A stretch of DNA of 64,000 nt from Candidatus Bathyarchaeia archaeon. GTDB lineage: Archaea; Thermoproteota; Bathyarchaeia; Bathyarchaeales; Bathycorpusculaceae. The stretch covers positions 1-64,000 of the forward strand of contig JAVZNE010000006.1 in NCBI GenBank assembly GCA_038882975.1, written 5' to 3'. Of the stretch, positions 47,981 to 56,805 are shown in pieces. Within the stretch, counting starts at the first letter, position 1. Each line of letters opens with the position of its first letter. The notes below the pieces were generated by a model. The model saw only the letters and a program-made list of their open reading frames with translations, was not told where the DNA came from and did no database searches. A program made the position numbers and the translations under genes.

Positions 47981-48910
47981 ATGGCTTGGCTCTTGGATAG
48001 GGAAATTAGGCGCGAACTGCCGGAAGAGTGGGAGGGCATAGTTCCAACAGAAATCTTTCTACAAGAATCCCAGCGGATCGTCGAAAAAGCCAGAGATGAA
48101 GGCGTAATTTTGAGAATTTTGGGCGGATTAAGCATAGCAATCCACTGTCAAGAGCATAGGGATTTCGCCCAAAAACTTGGGAGGGTTGGCACAGGCGTGG
48201 TTGAGGGTCAAGAATACAGCGACATAGACCTAGTTTCATACCGCAGTTATAGAGAGAAAGTTAAGGATTTATTTGATAAGCTTGGCTATGCGAAAAGGAG
48301 GGCCACACTTTCAACGGCCGCTTCTGAAAGGCAAATCTACTTCCATTCAAAAGGCTGGTTCTATGTGGATGTCTTTTTCGACAAACTTCTAGTGGCAAAC
48401 CACCCCATCGACTTTAAGGGAAGGCTTGAACTTGACTATCCAACAATAACAGTTACAGACATGCTGCTTGAAAAAATCCAGATGTGGGAGGCCTTCAGCG
48501 CAAAAGACCTTAAAGACTGCCTGCTGCTCCTAAAAGCCCATGACATAAGCCAAAAAACAGAAAAGGAGAGCATAGACGCATCATACATAGCAAAACTTTT
48601 AGCCCAAGACTGGGGATTCTGGTACACAGCCACGACAAACCTTAAAAAAATTAAGGCGTTTATGGCTGAAATTGATAAGCTCGGCCCAGAAGCAAACATA
48701 GACCCAAAACAAATCGGGAAAGAAGACAGAGAAGAGATAATTTGGAAAGTGAACGCCATACTAGAGACCGTTGATAGGGAGCCAAAAACCTTCGGTTGGA
48801 AAATGAGGGCCAAAATAGGAACAAAAAAGCAGTGGTACAATCCGGTTGAACGTCCAGAAACCGTCGGCGGCTTCGGAATATGGGAAACCCTTCTGAAAGG
48901 CGAAGGCTAG
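47981..48910 (+). CDS. Uncharacterised nucleotidyltransferase-fold protein (paralog B)
   Basis: LRILGGLSI..H, YSDIDL (DxD), VDVF, MLLEK, KDLKD, WKMRAKIG...WYNPVE. Confidence 0.75.
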   Translation: MAWLLDREIRRELPEEWEGIVPTEIFLQESQRIVEKARDEGVILRILGGLSIAIHCQEHRDFAQKLGRVGTGVVEGQEYSDIDLVSYRSYREKVKDLFDKLGYAKRRATLSTAASERQIYFHSKGWFYVDVFFDKLLVANHPIDFKGRLELDYPTITVTDMLLEKIQMWEAFSAKDLKDCLLLLKAHDISQKTEKESIDASYIAKLLAQDWGFWYTATTNLKKIKAFMAEIDKLGPEANIDPKQIGKEDREEIIWKVNAILETVDREPKTFGWKMRAKIGTKKQWYNPVERPETVGGFGIWETLLKGEG

Positions 48911-48960
48911 CGTTCAATAGAAAGCGAAAAGTTAATGTGTTATAGTTTAAGGTTTATTCT

Positions 48961-49086
48961 GGGGTTTGCCGGCCATAGGGCGCGGGTTCCACCCGATCCC
49001 ATTCCGAACTCGGAAGTTAAACCGCGCTCCGTTCCCGGTTGTAGTGTGGTCTTCGGCCACGCGAAGCCGGGAAAGCTGGCAGCCCC
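48961..49086 (+). rRNA. rrf: 5S rRNA (stand-alone)
   Basis: GGCCATAG...CACCCGATCCCATTCCGAACTCGGAAGTTAAACC; terminal helix GGGG..TGCCGGC / GCTGGCA.CCCC. Confidence 0.95.
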
Positions 49087-49132
49087 GCTCCTTTTGAGGC
49101 TATACTGTTTTAAGGTTTGATTTGGCAATATT

Positions 49133-50527
49133 ATGTGCGGTTGGTTTCCTTTGGACATGGAAGTGGTAGCCAAGCTTAGGGAGATTGTTGGCTGTGAGAA
49201 CGTTCTTGTGGGCGATAATATTGGCGAGGAGTATGTGCATGATGAGGCGCTCGCCGTCAAGCCTTGCATGCCAGAAATCGTTGTTAAGCCTATAACAGCC
49301 GAAGAGGTTGCTGAAATACTGCACCTAGCCAACGAGAAGGGGATTCCAGTTACTCCGAGAGGTGGCGGAACAGGCTTAAGTGGGGGTTGCGTTCCATCCG
49401 CTGGTGGGATTCTCTTATCCCTTGAGCGTATGAATCGGATACTGGAAATAGACGAGGAGAACCATGTGGCGGTTGTTGAGGCTGGCGTCACCCTTTCAAG
49501 TCTTATGAAGGCTGTTGAAGCGCATGGGCTTTGCTACCCAATTTATCCGGGAGAAGAAAGTGCAACTGTTGGCGGTAATGTTGCCACCAATGCCGGTGGC
49601 ATGATGGCGGTAAAGTATGGGGTTACCCGTAACTTTGTTTTGGGCTTGGAGGCTGTTTTGCCAACCGGCGAAATCATAAAAACTGGCGGTAAATACGTGA
49701 AAGTTTCGTCGGGCTACGACCTAACACAGTTAATTGTAGGTTCCGAGGGAACCCTAGCTGTCGTAACCAAGGTTATTTTGAAGCTTTTGCCCAAGCAGAA
49801 GGATAGGGTAACACTACTTGTCGCGTTTAAGACGCTTAAGCAAGGCGTGGCAGCTGTACCGCTTCTACTGAAGTGCGGTGTCACACCCTTGATAATTGAA
49901 TTTATCGATAATGTTGGGCTTAACGCCATGGAAAATTACACTGGAATAACTGTGCCAATAGATGAGCATGTTCGAAGCGAGTCTGAAGCCTTCCTCCTCA
50001 TTGTTTTGGAGGATGAAAGCCAAGAAAAACTTTACAGGGACGCCGAGCTGGTCACTGAAATCTGCATGAAGAATGGTGCAATTGAGGTTCTCATGCCATC
50101 CACTGAGAGGGCTGGAAGGGAACTCTTAGAGTTGAGGGAAAAATCTTTCTACGCTGCTAGGGATGCCGGCGCCAAATTTCTCGTGGATGTTGTTGTTCCT
50201 AGAAGCCAAATCCCAGAATTCATGGAGAAAGCGAGGGAAACCTCCATAAAATATTCAGTGGTTATAAGCGGCGCTGGACATGTTGGAGATGGAAACGTTC
50301 ACCTAGCCATATTTGAGGAAAATTCGGAAAAACTATCGGCCATTTTGAAGGAGATTTACGCTTTAGGGAAAGCTTTAGGAGGCGCTGTGTCGGCGGAGCA
50401 TGGCATAGGCTTGGAGAAAAGGGAGCTTTTCCTAGAGTTGGAGGATAAAGCGAAGATTGAGCTTATGAGGAGGATTAAGAGGGCTTTCGATCCCAACAAC
50501 ATCCTCAACCCCGGAAAAATTTTCTAA
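49133..50527 (+). CDS. FAD-linked oxidase, GlcD/D-lactate dehydrogenase family
   Basis: PRGGGTGLSGG, VGGNVATNAGG, GSEGTL, GHVGDGNVH, AEHGIG, FDPNNILNPGK. Likely start 49157. Confidence 0.92.
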   Translation: MCGWFPLDMEVVAKLREIVGCENVLVGDNIGEEYVHDEALAVKPCMPEIVVKPITAEEVAEILHLANEKGIPVTPRGGGTGLSGGCVPSAGGILLSLERMNRILEIDEENHVAVVEAGVTLSSLMKAVEAHGLCYPIYPGEESATVGGNVATNAGGMMAVKYGVTRNFVLGLEAVLPTGEIIKTGGKYVKVSSGYDLTQLIVGSEGTLAVVTKVILKLLPKQKDRVTLLVAFKTLKQGVAAVPLLLKCGVTPLIIEFIDNVGLNAMENYTGITVPIDEHVRSESEAFLLIVLEDESQEKLYRDAELVTEICMKNGAIEVLMPSTERAGRELLELREKSFYAARDAGAKFLVDVVVPRSQIPEFMEKARETSIKYSVVISGAGHVGDGNVHLAIFEENSEKLSAILKEIYALGKALGGAVSAEHGIGLEKRELFLELEDKAKIELMRRIKRAFDPNNILNPGKIF

Positions 50528-50604
50528 AACGGGCTTATGCCTTAAATACGAGATCAGCGGATGCATTATTTCTTTCCGAAAGTTGCCCTTGGAGAAACTC
50601 TGGC

Positions 50605-51402
50605 ATGTGGGAGTTGCTACTTCCCATCTTCGGCTTTTTGATAAGCATAGCCGCAGCCTTAACGGGAGTTGGGGGCGGAATATTCATAGTGCCCTTGTTG
50701 ACGCTCCTCTACGACTTTGAGCCAGTAACAGCCATAGGCACAAGCTTAGCCACAATAATCATCACATCCATAGCATCTTCTGCAAATTATCTGAAACAAA
50801 AACGCGTCTATGTTAAGGCTGGTTTAGTTTTGGCTTGTGCCACTGCACCTGGAGGCTATGTTGGAGCATCCATTACGGCGGTTCCAGCTGTGAAAATGTG
50901 GCTTGGCGTTATCTTTGGCGCTTTTCTAATTTTTGTTGCTTTTCAAATGGTTTACAAAGCCTTCACCACAGAATCTGTAAGGGCGTGTGGCGTGGTTGAT
51001 GCTGCCTTTGAAAAGGAATTGCTTTTTAACAAGCGGAAAATGCTTTATGGCTTATTTTTAAGTTTTTTCGGCGGGGTGACTTCTGGGCTTTTAGGCATAG
51101 GTGGAGGAGTTGTTTTAGTTCCAGTCATGTGTTATGCGCTTAGTTTTCCAATTCATTTCGCCATACCAACCTCCATGTTCATCATGATTTTCACGTCAAT
51201 TTCTGGCGTGGTTAGTCACGTGCAGCAGGGAAATGTGAACGCTTTGTATGGGGTTTATCTTGGAGTAGGCTCTGTTGTTGGAGCGCAGGTTGGCGCCTAT
51301 ACGAGCAGAAGGCTTTCAAGCAGAAGTCTAAACCTTCTTTTTGCAGTCATGCTCCTTGTAGCAAGCGTTAACATGATACTGAAAAACTTGCATTACATTT
51401 GA
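50605..51402 (+). CDS. TauE/SafE family membrane transporter
   Basis: Duplicated GVGGG..VP / GIGGG..VP motifs, AIGTSL / AIPTS. Confidence 0.9.
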   Translation: MWELLLPIFGFLISIAAALTGVGGGIFIVPLLTLLYDFEPVTAIGTSLATIIITSIASSANYLKQKRVYVKAGLVLACATAPGGYVGASITAVPAVKMWLGVIFGAFLIFVAFQMVYKAFTTESVRACGVVDAAFEKELLFNKRKMLYGLFLSFFGGVTSGLLGIGGGVVLVPVMCYALSFPIHFAIPTSMFIMIFTSISGVVSHVQQGNVNALYGVYLGVGSVVGAQVGAYTSRRLSSRSLNLLFAVMLLVASVNMILKNLHYI

Positions 51403-51479
51403 TTTCAATTGTGCGAGTAAACTTGGAATATCCTAAAATTTATAACTAGGCTTTTGCTAGTTTTTCGGAAGGTGAGTAT

Positions 51480-52619
51480 GTGAACCTAGTGGCAGCGCTG
51501 TTTGTTCTTAAAAGTGAGCTCATCCGATTCCAAGGAGACATATTCTCACAGATTTTGTCCTTAATCATTTACGCCTTCATATTTATCTCCATATTTTATG
51601 GTCAGCGCATTCAGCTTTACATTATGCTTAGGGAGGTTGAGGGCGGCCTATATAAGTTGAAGTATATCCGAGATGAGGGCCGCAGAATAGCTATAGAAAC
51701 CATTAAAGAGATTGGGAAGCCTCAGACAGACCCATCGGCTAGGGTTGACCGATTTCTGGAATATTTCACTATTGCTCCTCAAAGCCTTGATCCAGCAGGA
51801 ATTGTTTGGAAGCTTGAGCATATACTAGACGTTAGGGACACTCGCTTCAAAGACGAGGTTAGGCTGCTTGCTCCAGCGGCAGATGAAACGCAGGCGAATA
51901 ATTTGGAGAACACCCTCGAGGCGGCTATGGCTCTAAACTACATTTACAAGGTTATAAGGCACTATTACCTGCTTGGAAAGAAGACGCTAAGCCTCTACAT
52001 TATAATGCAGATTCAGATGATTTTGCCGTTGGTTATGCGGGAAGCCGAAGCCTATGCAAGTGCTCTCAAAGCCTTCGCTTACGGTCAGCCTATTGGTGAT
52101 GGCGTAGGAGCGCTTGTGGCAGCCAAGCTTATGCATGGTCACCCCGTTAGGAAGGTTCCAAAAGACTGTGTTGTGGCTGAGGTTCCCTTCGAGGGGAGAA
52201 CAGCTTACGTTATAAAGGCTGAGGGTCCCGGCGGGAACGTTGGCAAGCCTGGGGACGCCATTAAAACGATTATTGAGGAGAATGAGGGTAAAATAGCTAA
52301 CATAATCATGATCGACGCTGCTTTGAAGCTTGAGGGTGAGGAGGTTGGCGAGGTGGCTGAGGGCGTAGGCGCAGCCATAGGCGGTCCTGGGGTTGACCAG
52401 TTCAAAATTGAGGAGACCATTCTGAAGTATCGCATTCCGATAAACGCTGTCATAATTAAGGAGGATATTGGCGATGCAGTTTCGCCGATGCGAAAGGAGA
52501 TTTTCGAGGCTGCTGACAAAGCCATCGAAAGAATTAGGCAGGTGATATTGGAGAGGACTAAGGAGGGTGACAAAGTTATTATTGCAGGTGCTGGAAACAC
52601 GATTGGTATAGGACAATAA
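51480..52619 (+). CDS. DUF1512 family protein
   Basis: LDPAGI, PIGDGVG, KAEGPGGNVGKPG, IDAALKLEGE, GNTIGIGQ. Confidence 0.85.
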   Translation: MNLVAALFVLKSELIRFQGDIFSQILSLIIYAFIFISIFYGQRIQLYIMLREVEGGLYKLKYIRDEGRRIAIETIKEIGKPQTDPSARVDRFLEYFTIAPQSLDPAGIVWKLEHILDVRDTRFKDEVRLLAPAADETQANNLENTLEAAMALNYIYKVIRHYYLLGKKTLSLYIIMQIQMILPLVMREAEAYASALKAFAYGQPIGDGVGALVAAKLMHGHPVRKVPKDCVVAEVPFEGRTAYVIKAEGPGGNVGKPGDAIKTIIEENEGKIANIIMIDAALKLEGEEVGEVAEGVGAAIGGPGVDQFKIEETILKYRIPINAVIIKEDIGDAVSPMRKEIFEAADKAIERIRQVILERTKEGDKVIIAGAGNTIGIGQ

Positions 52620-52635
52620 GAGAGGGGACGATGAA

Positions 52636-53055
52636 GTGAGCACAAACAAAAGTAACACATCTGCGGCGACGAGGGTTTCATCATTCGTTCTGCTTATAAT
52701 ATTTGTTACCTTAGCTCTAGCCTTGGCGGCGCTTGTTATTGCAGTTTCCTATTGGGAAACTTCGCAAGGGGTAGCTGTTTACATGCTGCTTTTAGGTTTT
52801 ATAGCTTTAGCCCTATCAACGTATGTGTTGTTCCAGACGCGGCAGCGCATTTTACGCTTGAGAATTGAAACCCCGCCAATTACTACGACTATTGAATGTA
52901 GGAAGTGCGGCTTCAAAAGTGTTCGGGAGTTTCAGCGGGGCGACTATGTTTTCAAAGAGGTTGAACCTTGCCAGAAGTGTAATGAGAAAATGATTATCAC
53001 CGCTATTTACCGGGAAGTTCGTGAGAAGGGTAAGACGCCTTCTTTTCCCTATTAG
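52636..53055 (+). CDS. Two-TM protein with zinc ribbon
   Basis: Two TM helices; CRKC...REFQRGDYV...CQKC..ITAIY. Confidence 0.7.
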   Translation: MSTNKSNTSAATRVSSFVLLIIFVTLALALAALVIAVSYWETSQGVAVYMLLLGFIALALSTYVLFQTRQRILRLRIETPPITTTIECRKCGFKSVREFQRGDYVFKEVEPCQKCNEKMIITAIYREVREKGKTPSFPY

Positions 53056-53059
53056 GGGG

Positions 53060-53965
53060 TTAGGTTAGGATTAGGCATCCATCTTCGACTATTAGGACTG
53101 TGTGTTCTGCTTGAGCGACTGGTTTTCTGCTGGCTTCTATGAAGACCGGATAGCTCATAATCGCCTTTGAAATTAAAAGTTCTTTGAAGGCTTCTCTATA
53201 ATGTTCTTCTGGGACCACGCCTTGAAGCCAACGCTCGGTGAATGGCAGTGTTTTAAAGTTTTCCTCAATGTATTTTAGAAGCTTCTTCGCGTAGGCGTTT
53301 TTAAGGGGCTTCTGTTTTATAAAGCGGAATATTGTGGCTTCGGGGATGTTTTCCACTTTGCCGATGGCGTTTTGAACTGTTACGAAGGGTTCTATGGCGT
53401 AGGCTTCGCCCAGCTTAACTTTTGTGAAAGATAGGTGAGCCACGTTGGGCAGCGATGTCCCAGCATGAATCAAATATCTGCCAACACTATGTCCCGTCAG
53501 ATTCGAGATGGGCTTAAAGCCTCTGGACCTTACTGTCCGCTCTATTAATGCGCCAAGCCTCGATGTTGGTGTTTCCGGGCGTATGGCTTCCACAGCCTTT
53601 TTCAAGGCTTGTTCTGCCGCGTTCACCATTTCACGGTACTCTGGGTTAAAGCATATCGTCACGGCTGTGTCTGTTACGTAGCCGTCCACGTGGGCGCCAA
53701 TATCCACCTTCACAAGGGATTTTTCTGGAATTCTCCGCGTGTCGTTTGGTGGTGAAGTGTAGTGGGCTGCAATCTCGTTTATTGAAACGTTGCATGGGAA
53801 GGCTGGTTTTCCGCCCTTACGCCTAATGAGCTCTTCGGCTTTTTCACAAACTTCAATTATTGGCATATTTTCGCGGACAAAATTTTTTAGCTCTTCTCTG
53901 GTTTCGCGGAGAATTCTACCGGACAAGCGGAGCTTTTCAAAGGCTTCATCATCTATAGCTTTCAT
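53060..53965 (-). CDS. map: Methionine aminopeptidase type II
   Basis: AFPCNVSINEIAAHY, KVDIGAHVDGY, NLTGH, AIEPF, AQAEHT. Confidence 0.96.
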   Translation of the reverse strand: MKAIDDEAFEKLRLSGRILRETREELKNFVRENMPIIEVCEKAEELIRRKGGKPAFPCNVSINEIAAHYTSPPNDTRRIPEKSLVKVDIGAHVDGYVTDTAVTICFNPEYREMVNAAEQALKKAVEAIRPETPTSRLGALIERTVRSRGFKPISNLTGHSVGRYLIHAGTSLPNVAHLSFTKVKLGEAYAIEPFVTVQNAIGKVENIPEATIFRFIKQKPLKNAYAKKLLKYIEENFKTLPFTERWLQGVVPEEHYREAFKELLISKAIMSYPVFIEASRKPVAQAEHTVLIVEDGCLILT

Positions 53966-54044
53966 TTCAGGGGCACTTTAACCTTTTAACTTTATAAACT
54001 AAACCCGTATTAAGGGTTTAAAGGTTTAGTGGGAGGCTTGGTGT

Positions 54045-54716
54045 TTGGCGAAGATTACATGGTTTGGACATGCCTCCTTTAAAGTCGAGGTAAGCGACAA
54101 AACAGTCTTAATTGACCCATGGCTTGATGGAAACCCCGCTTCGCCCATAAAGGCTTCTGAAATTGAAAAGGCTGACATTGTTTACGTGACCCACGACCAC
54201 GGCGACCATCTCGGCGACGCCGTAAACATTTGCCGGCGAACCAACGCCACTTTTGTCTCAACCTTTGAGCTTGGCAATTATGCGAGCGAAAACGGCGTAA
54301 AAGACGTTGTCGGACTAAACATTGGTGGATGCGCAGAAGTTAAGGGCGTAAAAATCTACATGGTTCAAGCCTTCCACACATGCTCAATGGGCGCGCCAAC
54401 AGGCGTTGTTGTTGAGGCTGAAGGGAAGAGGGTTTACCACGCTGGTGATACTGGACTTTTTGGAGACATGAAACTTATTGGGCAGCTCTATAAGCCTAAC
54501 TTGGCACTATTGCCCATAGGCGGATACTACACCATGGGAGCTTTGGAGGCAGCTGAAGCCGTTAAACTGTTGAAGCCTAAGGTGGTGATTCCAATGCATT
54601 TCAAGACTTTTCCAGTTTTAGCTCAGTCAGCAGAAGAGTTTGTCAAAAAAGTGAAGGGGAAGGCGCCGAAAGTTAAAGTGGTGGTTCTGAATCCCGGAGA
54701 AAGCTACCAATTCTAG
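54045..54716 (+). CDS. UPF0173 metallo-beta-lactamase-fold hydrolase
   Basis: WFGHA, IDPW, THDHGDH, YHAGDT, PMH. Confidence 0.9.
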   Translation: MAKITWFGHASFKVEVSDKTVLIDPWLDGNPASPIKASEIEKADIVYVTHDHGDHLGDAVNICRRTNATFVSTFELGNYASENGVKDVVGLNIGGCAEVKGVKIYMVQAFHTCSMGAPTGVVVEAEGKRVYHAGDTGLFGDMKLIGQLYKPNLALLPIGGYYTMGALEAAEAVKLLKPKVVIPMHFKTFPVLAQSAEEFVKKVKGKAPKVKVVVLNPGESYQF

Positions 54717-55295
54717 TTAGGCTCTGGGCTTGAAAATCTGTGGATAGAGGGTTGCAAACGCGTCTCCGCCCAAATGGAAAATCATTCTAGCTTTTTCTAG
54801 GTCATAACCCGCGTCTGTAAAGCATCCTTTGTTTGCGTAGGCTTCGAGGATTTCACCCACAAAAATTGTGTGGTCCCCCGTCTGAAATTGGCTGTGAAGC
54901 CTACACTCCAAGTGGGCGATGCACTCCTTAATTATTGGCGGCTTAACCTTTCTGGCTGGAAGGGGCGTTAATCCAGCCTCCTTAAACTTGTCATGGTCTT
55001 TTCCACTAACCCGCCCACAAGAGAATGTTGCATCCAATATCTCCATTGTTGGAATGTTTACGACAAACTCCTTTGTTTCTTGGATTAGGCTGTGGGAGTG
55101 TCTTCGTGGCGCAATGCTTACAGCCACAAGCGGTGGACTAATGGAGGTTGGCATAGCCCAAGCCAAAGTGATAATGTTTGGTTTTCCATCCTTACCAACA
55201 CATGAAACTAGAACCGTGTGCATCGGATGGATAAGCCTAAAAGCGTTTGACAGACTCACATCACTAACTTCTTTTTCGCGATTCATAATTCTCAA
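54717..55295 (-). CDS. Flavin reductase-like (flavoredoxin) protein
   Basis: NIITLAW, EFVVNIP, CGRVSG..DKF, LEC...GDHTIFVGE. Confidence 0.9.
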   Translation of the reverse strand: MRIMNREKEVSDVSLSNAFRLIHPMHTVLVSCVGKDGKPNIITLAWAMPTSISPPLVAVSIAPRRHSHSLIQETKEFVVNIPTMEILDATFSCGRVSGKDHDKFKEAGLTPLPARKVKPPIIKECIAHLECRLHSQFQTGDHTIFVGEILEAYANKGCFTDAGYDLEKARMIFHLGGDAFATLYPQIFKPRA

Positions 55296-55438
55296 CCTCT
55301 CTTGGATTCTCCACGTTAAACCCTAACTCTTTAAATGCTTTTCCAAAAAGTTTAAACATTTCCAAAGTAAATCAGTAATGGGGAAAAGAGTTGGACTGGC
55401 ATTAACCTACGGCAAGATTCCCCAAATCTTCATAGCGG

Positions 55439-56614
55439 ATGCACTTAAGTTTAAAAACCCTTTTGAAAGTATATTCTTCCCCAATTCAATGGAGGGCGGA
55501 AAATTTGGAAGTTGAAGGCAGCGAGAAAACCGTCTTAAACCCTTTTGGAACGAGTTTTGTTGCAGATTATGAAAGGCTTTACAGGGAGTTTGGAATTGAA
55601 CCCTTCAAGCCACTGTTGCCAAAGGTGCCTAACCCCTCTATTTTCATGAGGCGTGGTATAGTTTTTGGACATAGAGATTTCAATAAAGTATTGAATGCCA
55701 TGCTTAAAGGCGAGGAGTTCGCCGTTCTTAGCGGCATAAAACCCACAGGCGAGTTCCACCTTGGCACTTTAATGACTGTTAAGGAAATAATCTACTTCCA
55801 ACAGCATGGCGCCCAAACTTTCTATTGCATAGCCGACATAGAAGCCTACGAAGACAACAAAATCCCCTTTGAAAAAAGCGAAAAAATCGCAGTGGACAAT
55901 GTTGCAGACTTGCTCGCGCTTGGTTTCGATCCGAAGAAAGGTTATATTTACCGCCAGTCAAAGGAAAGCCACGTTAAAGACTTAGCCATAATTTTTGGAA
56001 GAGCCGTCACCCTAGCTACAATGAAGGCGATTTATGGAGAACGTCACATAGGACTTTACTTGGCTGCCCTAATCCAAGCTGGCGACATACTGCTGCCTCA
56101 ACTGGAGGAATTTGGCGGACCAAAACCCACAGTTATACCAGTAGGCGTAGACCAAGACCCTCACATTCGCTTTACAAGAGACCTTGCCCAAATATTCCAG
56201 AAAAAGTATGGCTTTATCCTTCCATCGTCAACTTACCATAAGCTTATGAAGGGTTTGGACGGCTCGCCAAAAATGAGTAAACGCCTAATGAATTATTTCA
56301 CACTGCACGACAAGCCTGAAGTGATTGCGGAAAGAATTTCAAACGCCTTCACTGGCGGAAGAGCCACCATAAAGGAGCAGCGGGAGCTTGGAGGGGTTCC
56401 AGAAATATGCCCAATCTACGAAATATGCTTATTCCACTTTGTTGAAGAAGACGACGAAATCATAAAAACTTACCATGACTGCAAAACTGGGAAGCTTCTT
56501 TGCGGAGAACACAAAAAACAGACAATTGACATAGTTCTAAAATTTGTTAAGGAACACAAGCGTAGGAAACGGAAATTCATTGACAAAGCCCGCGAAATCC
56601 TTCAACTCAAATAG
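55439..56614 (+). CDS. trpS: Tryptophanyl-tRNA synthetase
   Basis: GIKPTGEFHLG, QAGDIL, PVGVDQDPHIR, KMSK, AFTGGR. True start probably about 55505. Confidence 0.95.
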   Translation: MHLSLKTLLKVYSSPIQWRAENLEVEGSEKTVLNPFGTSFVADYERLYREFGIEPFKPLLPKVPNPSIFMRRGIVFGHRDFNKVLNAMLKGEEFAVLSGIKPTGEFHLGTLMTVKEIIYFQQHGAQTFYCIADIEAYEDNKIPFEKSEKIAVDNVADLLALGFDPKKGYIYRQSKESHVKDLAIIFGRAVTLATMKAIYGERHIGLYLAALIQAGDILLPQLEEFGGPKPTVIPVGVDQDPHIRFTRDLAQIFQKKYGFILPSSTYHKLMKGLDGSPKMSKRLMNYFTLHDKPEVIAERISNAFTGGRATIKEQRELGGVPEICPIYEICLFHFVEEDDEIIKTYHDCKTGKLLCGEHKKQTIDIVLKFVKEHKRRKRKFIDKAREILQLK

Positions 56615-56805
56615 CATTTTTGAAACTAAAGAATAAACCATAAATACTTTGTATGTTGTGTTTAAGTGCGGTGAAGGGATGCCCCGCCAATTTACATGAG
56701 AAGCGGTTTTGCTTTCGCTTTTAAAGGGCATAGTTTTAAAACTCTCCAAAGACTCTTATGTAAGCATTACAGCGCGCTAAGCAGCTTAAAACATAATCTA
56801 GGTGT

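Noticed and set aside
48935-49491. ORFs 48935..49120 (+) and 48940..49491 (-)
   Set aside because: Overlap the 5S rRNA and the glcD-like gene; spurious.
55372-55433. Minus-strand ATGAAGA...CTGA spacing like a C/D sRNA; TGGGGAA/TTCCCCA inverted repeat
   Set aside because: No convincing D'/C' boxes or recognisable antisense rRNA/tRNA guide.
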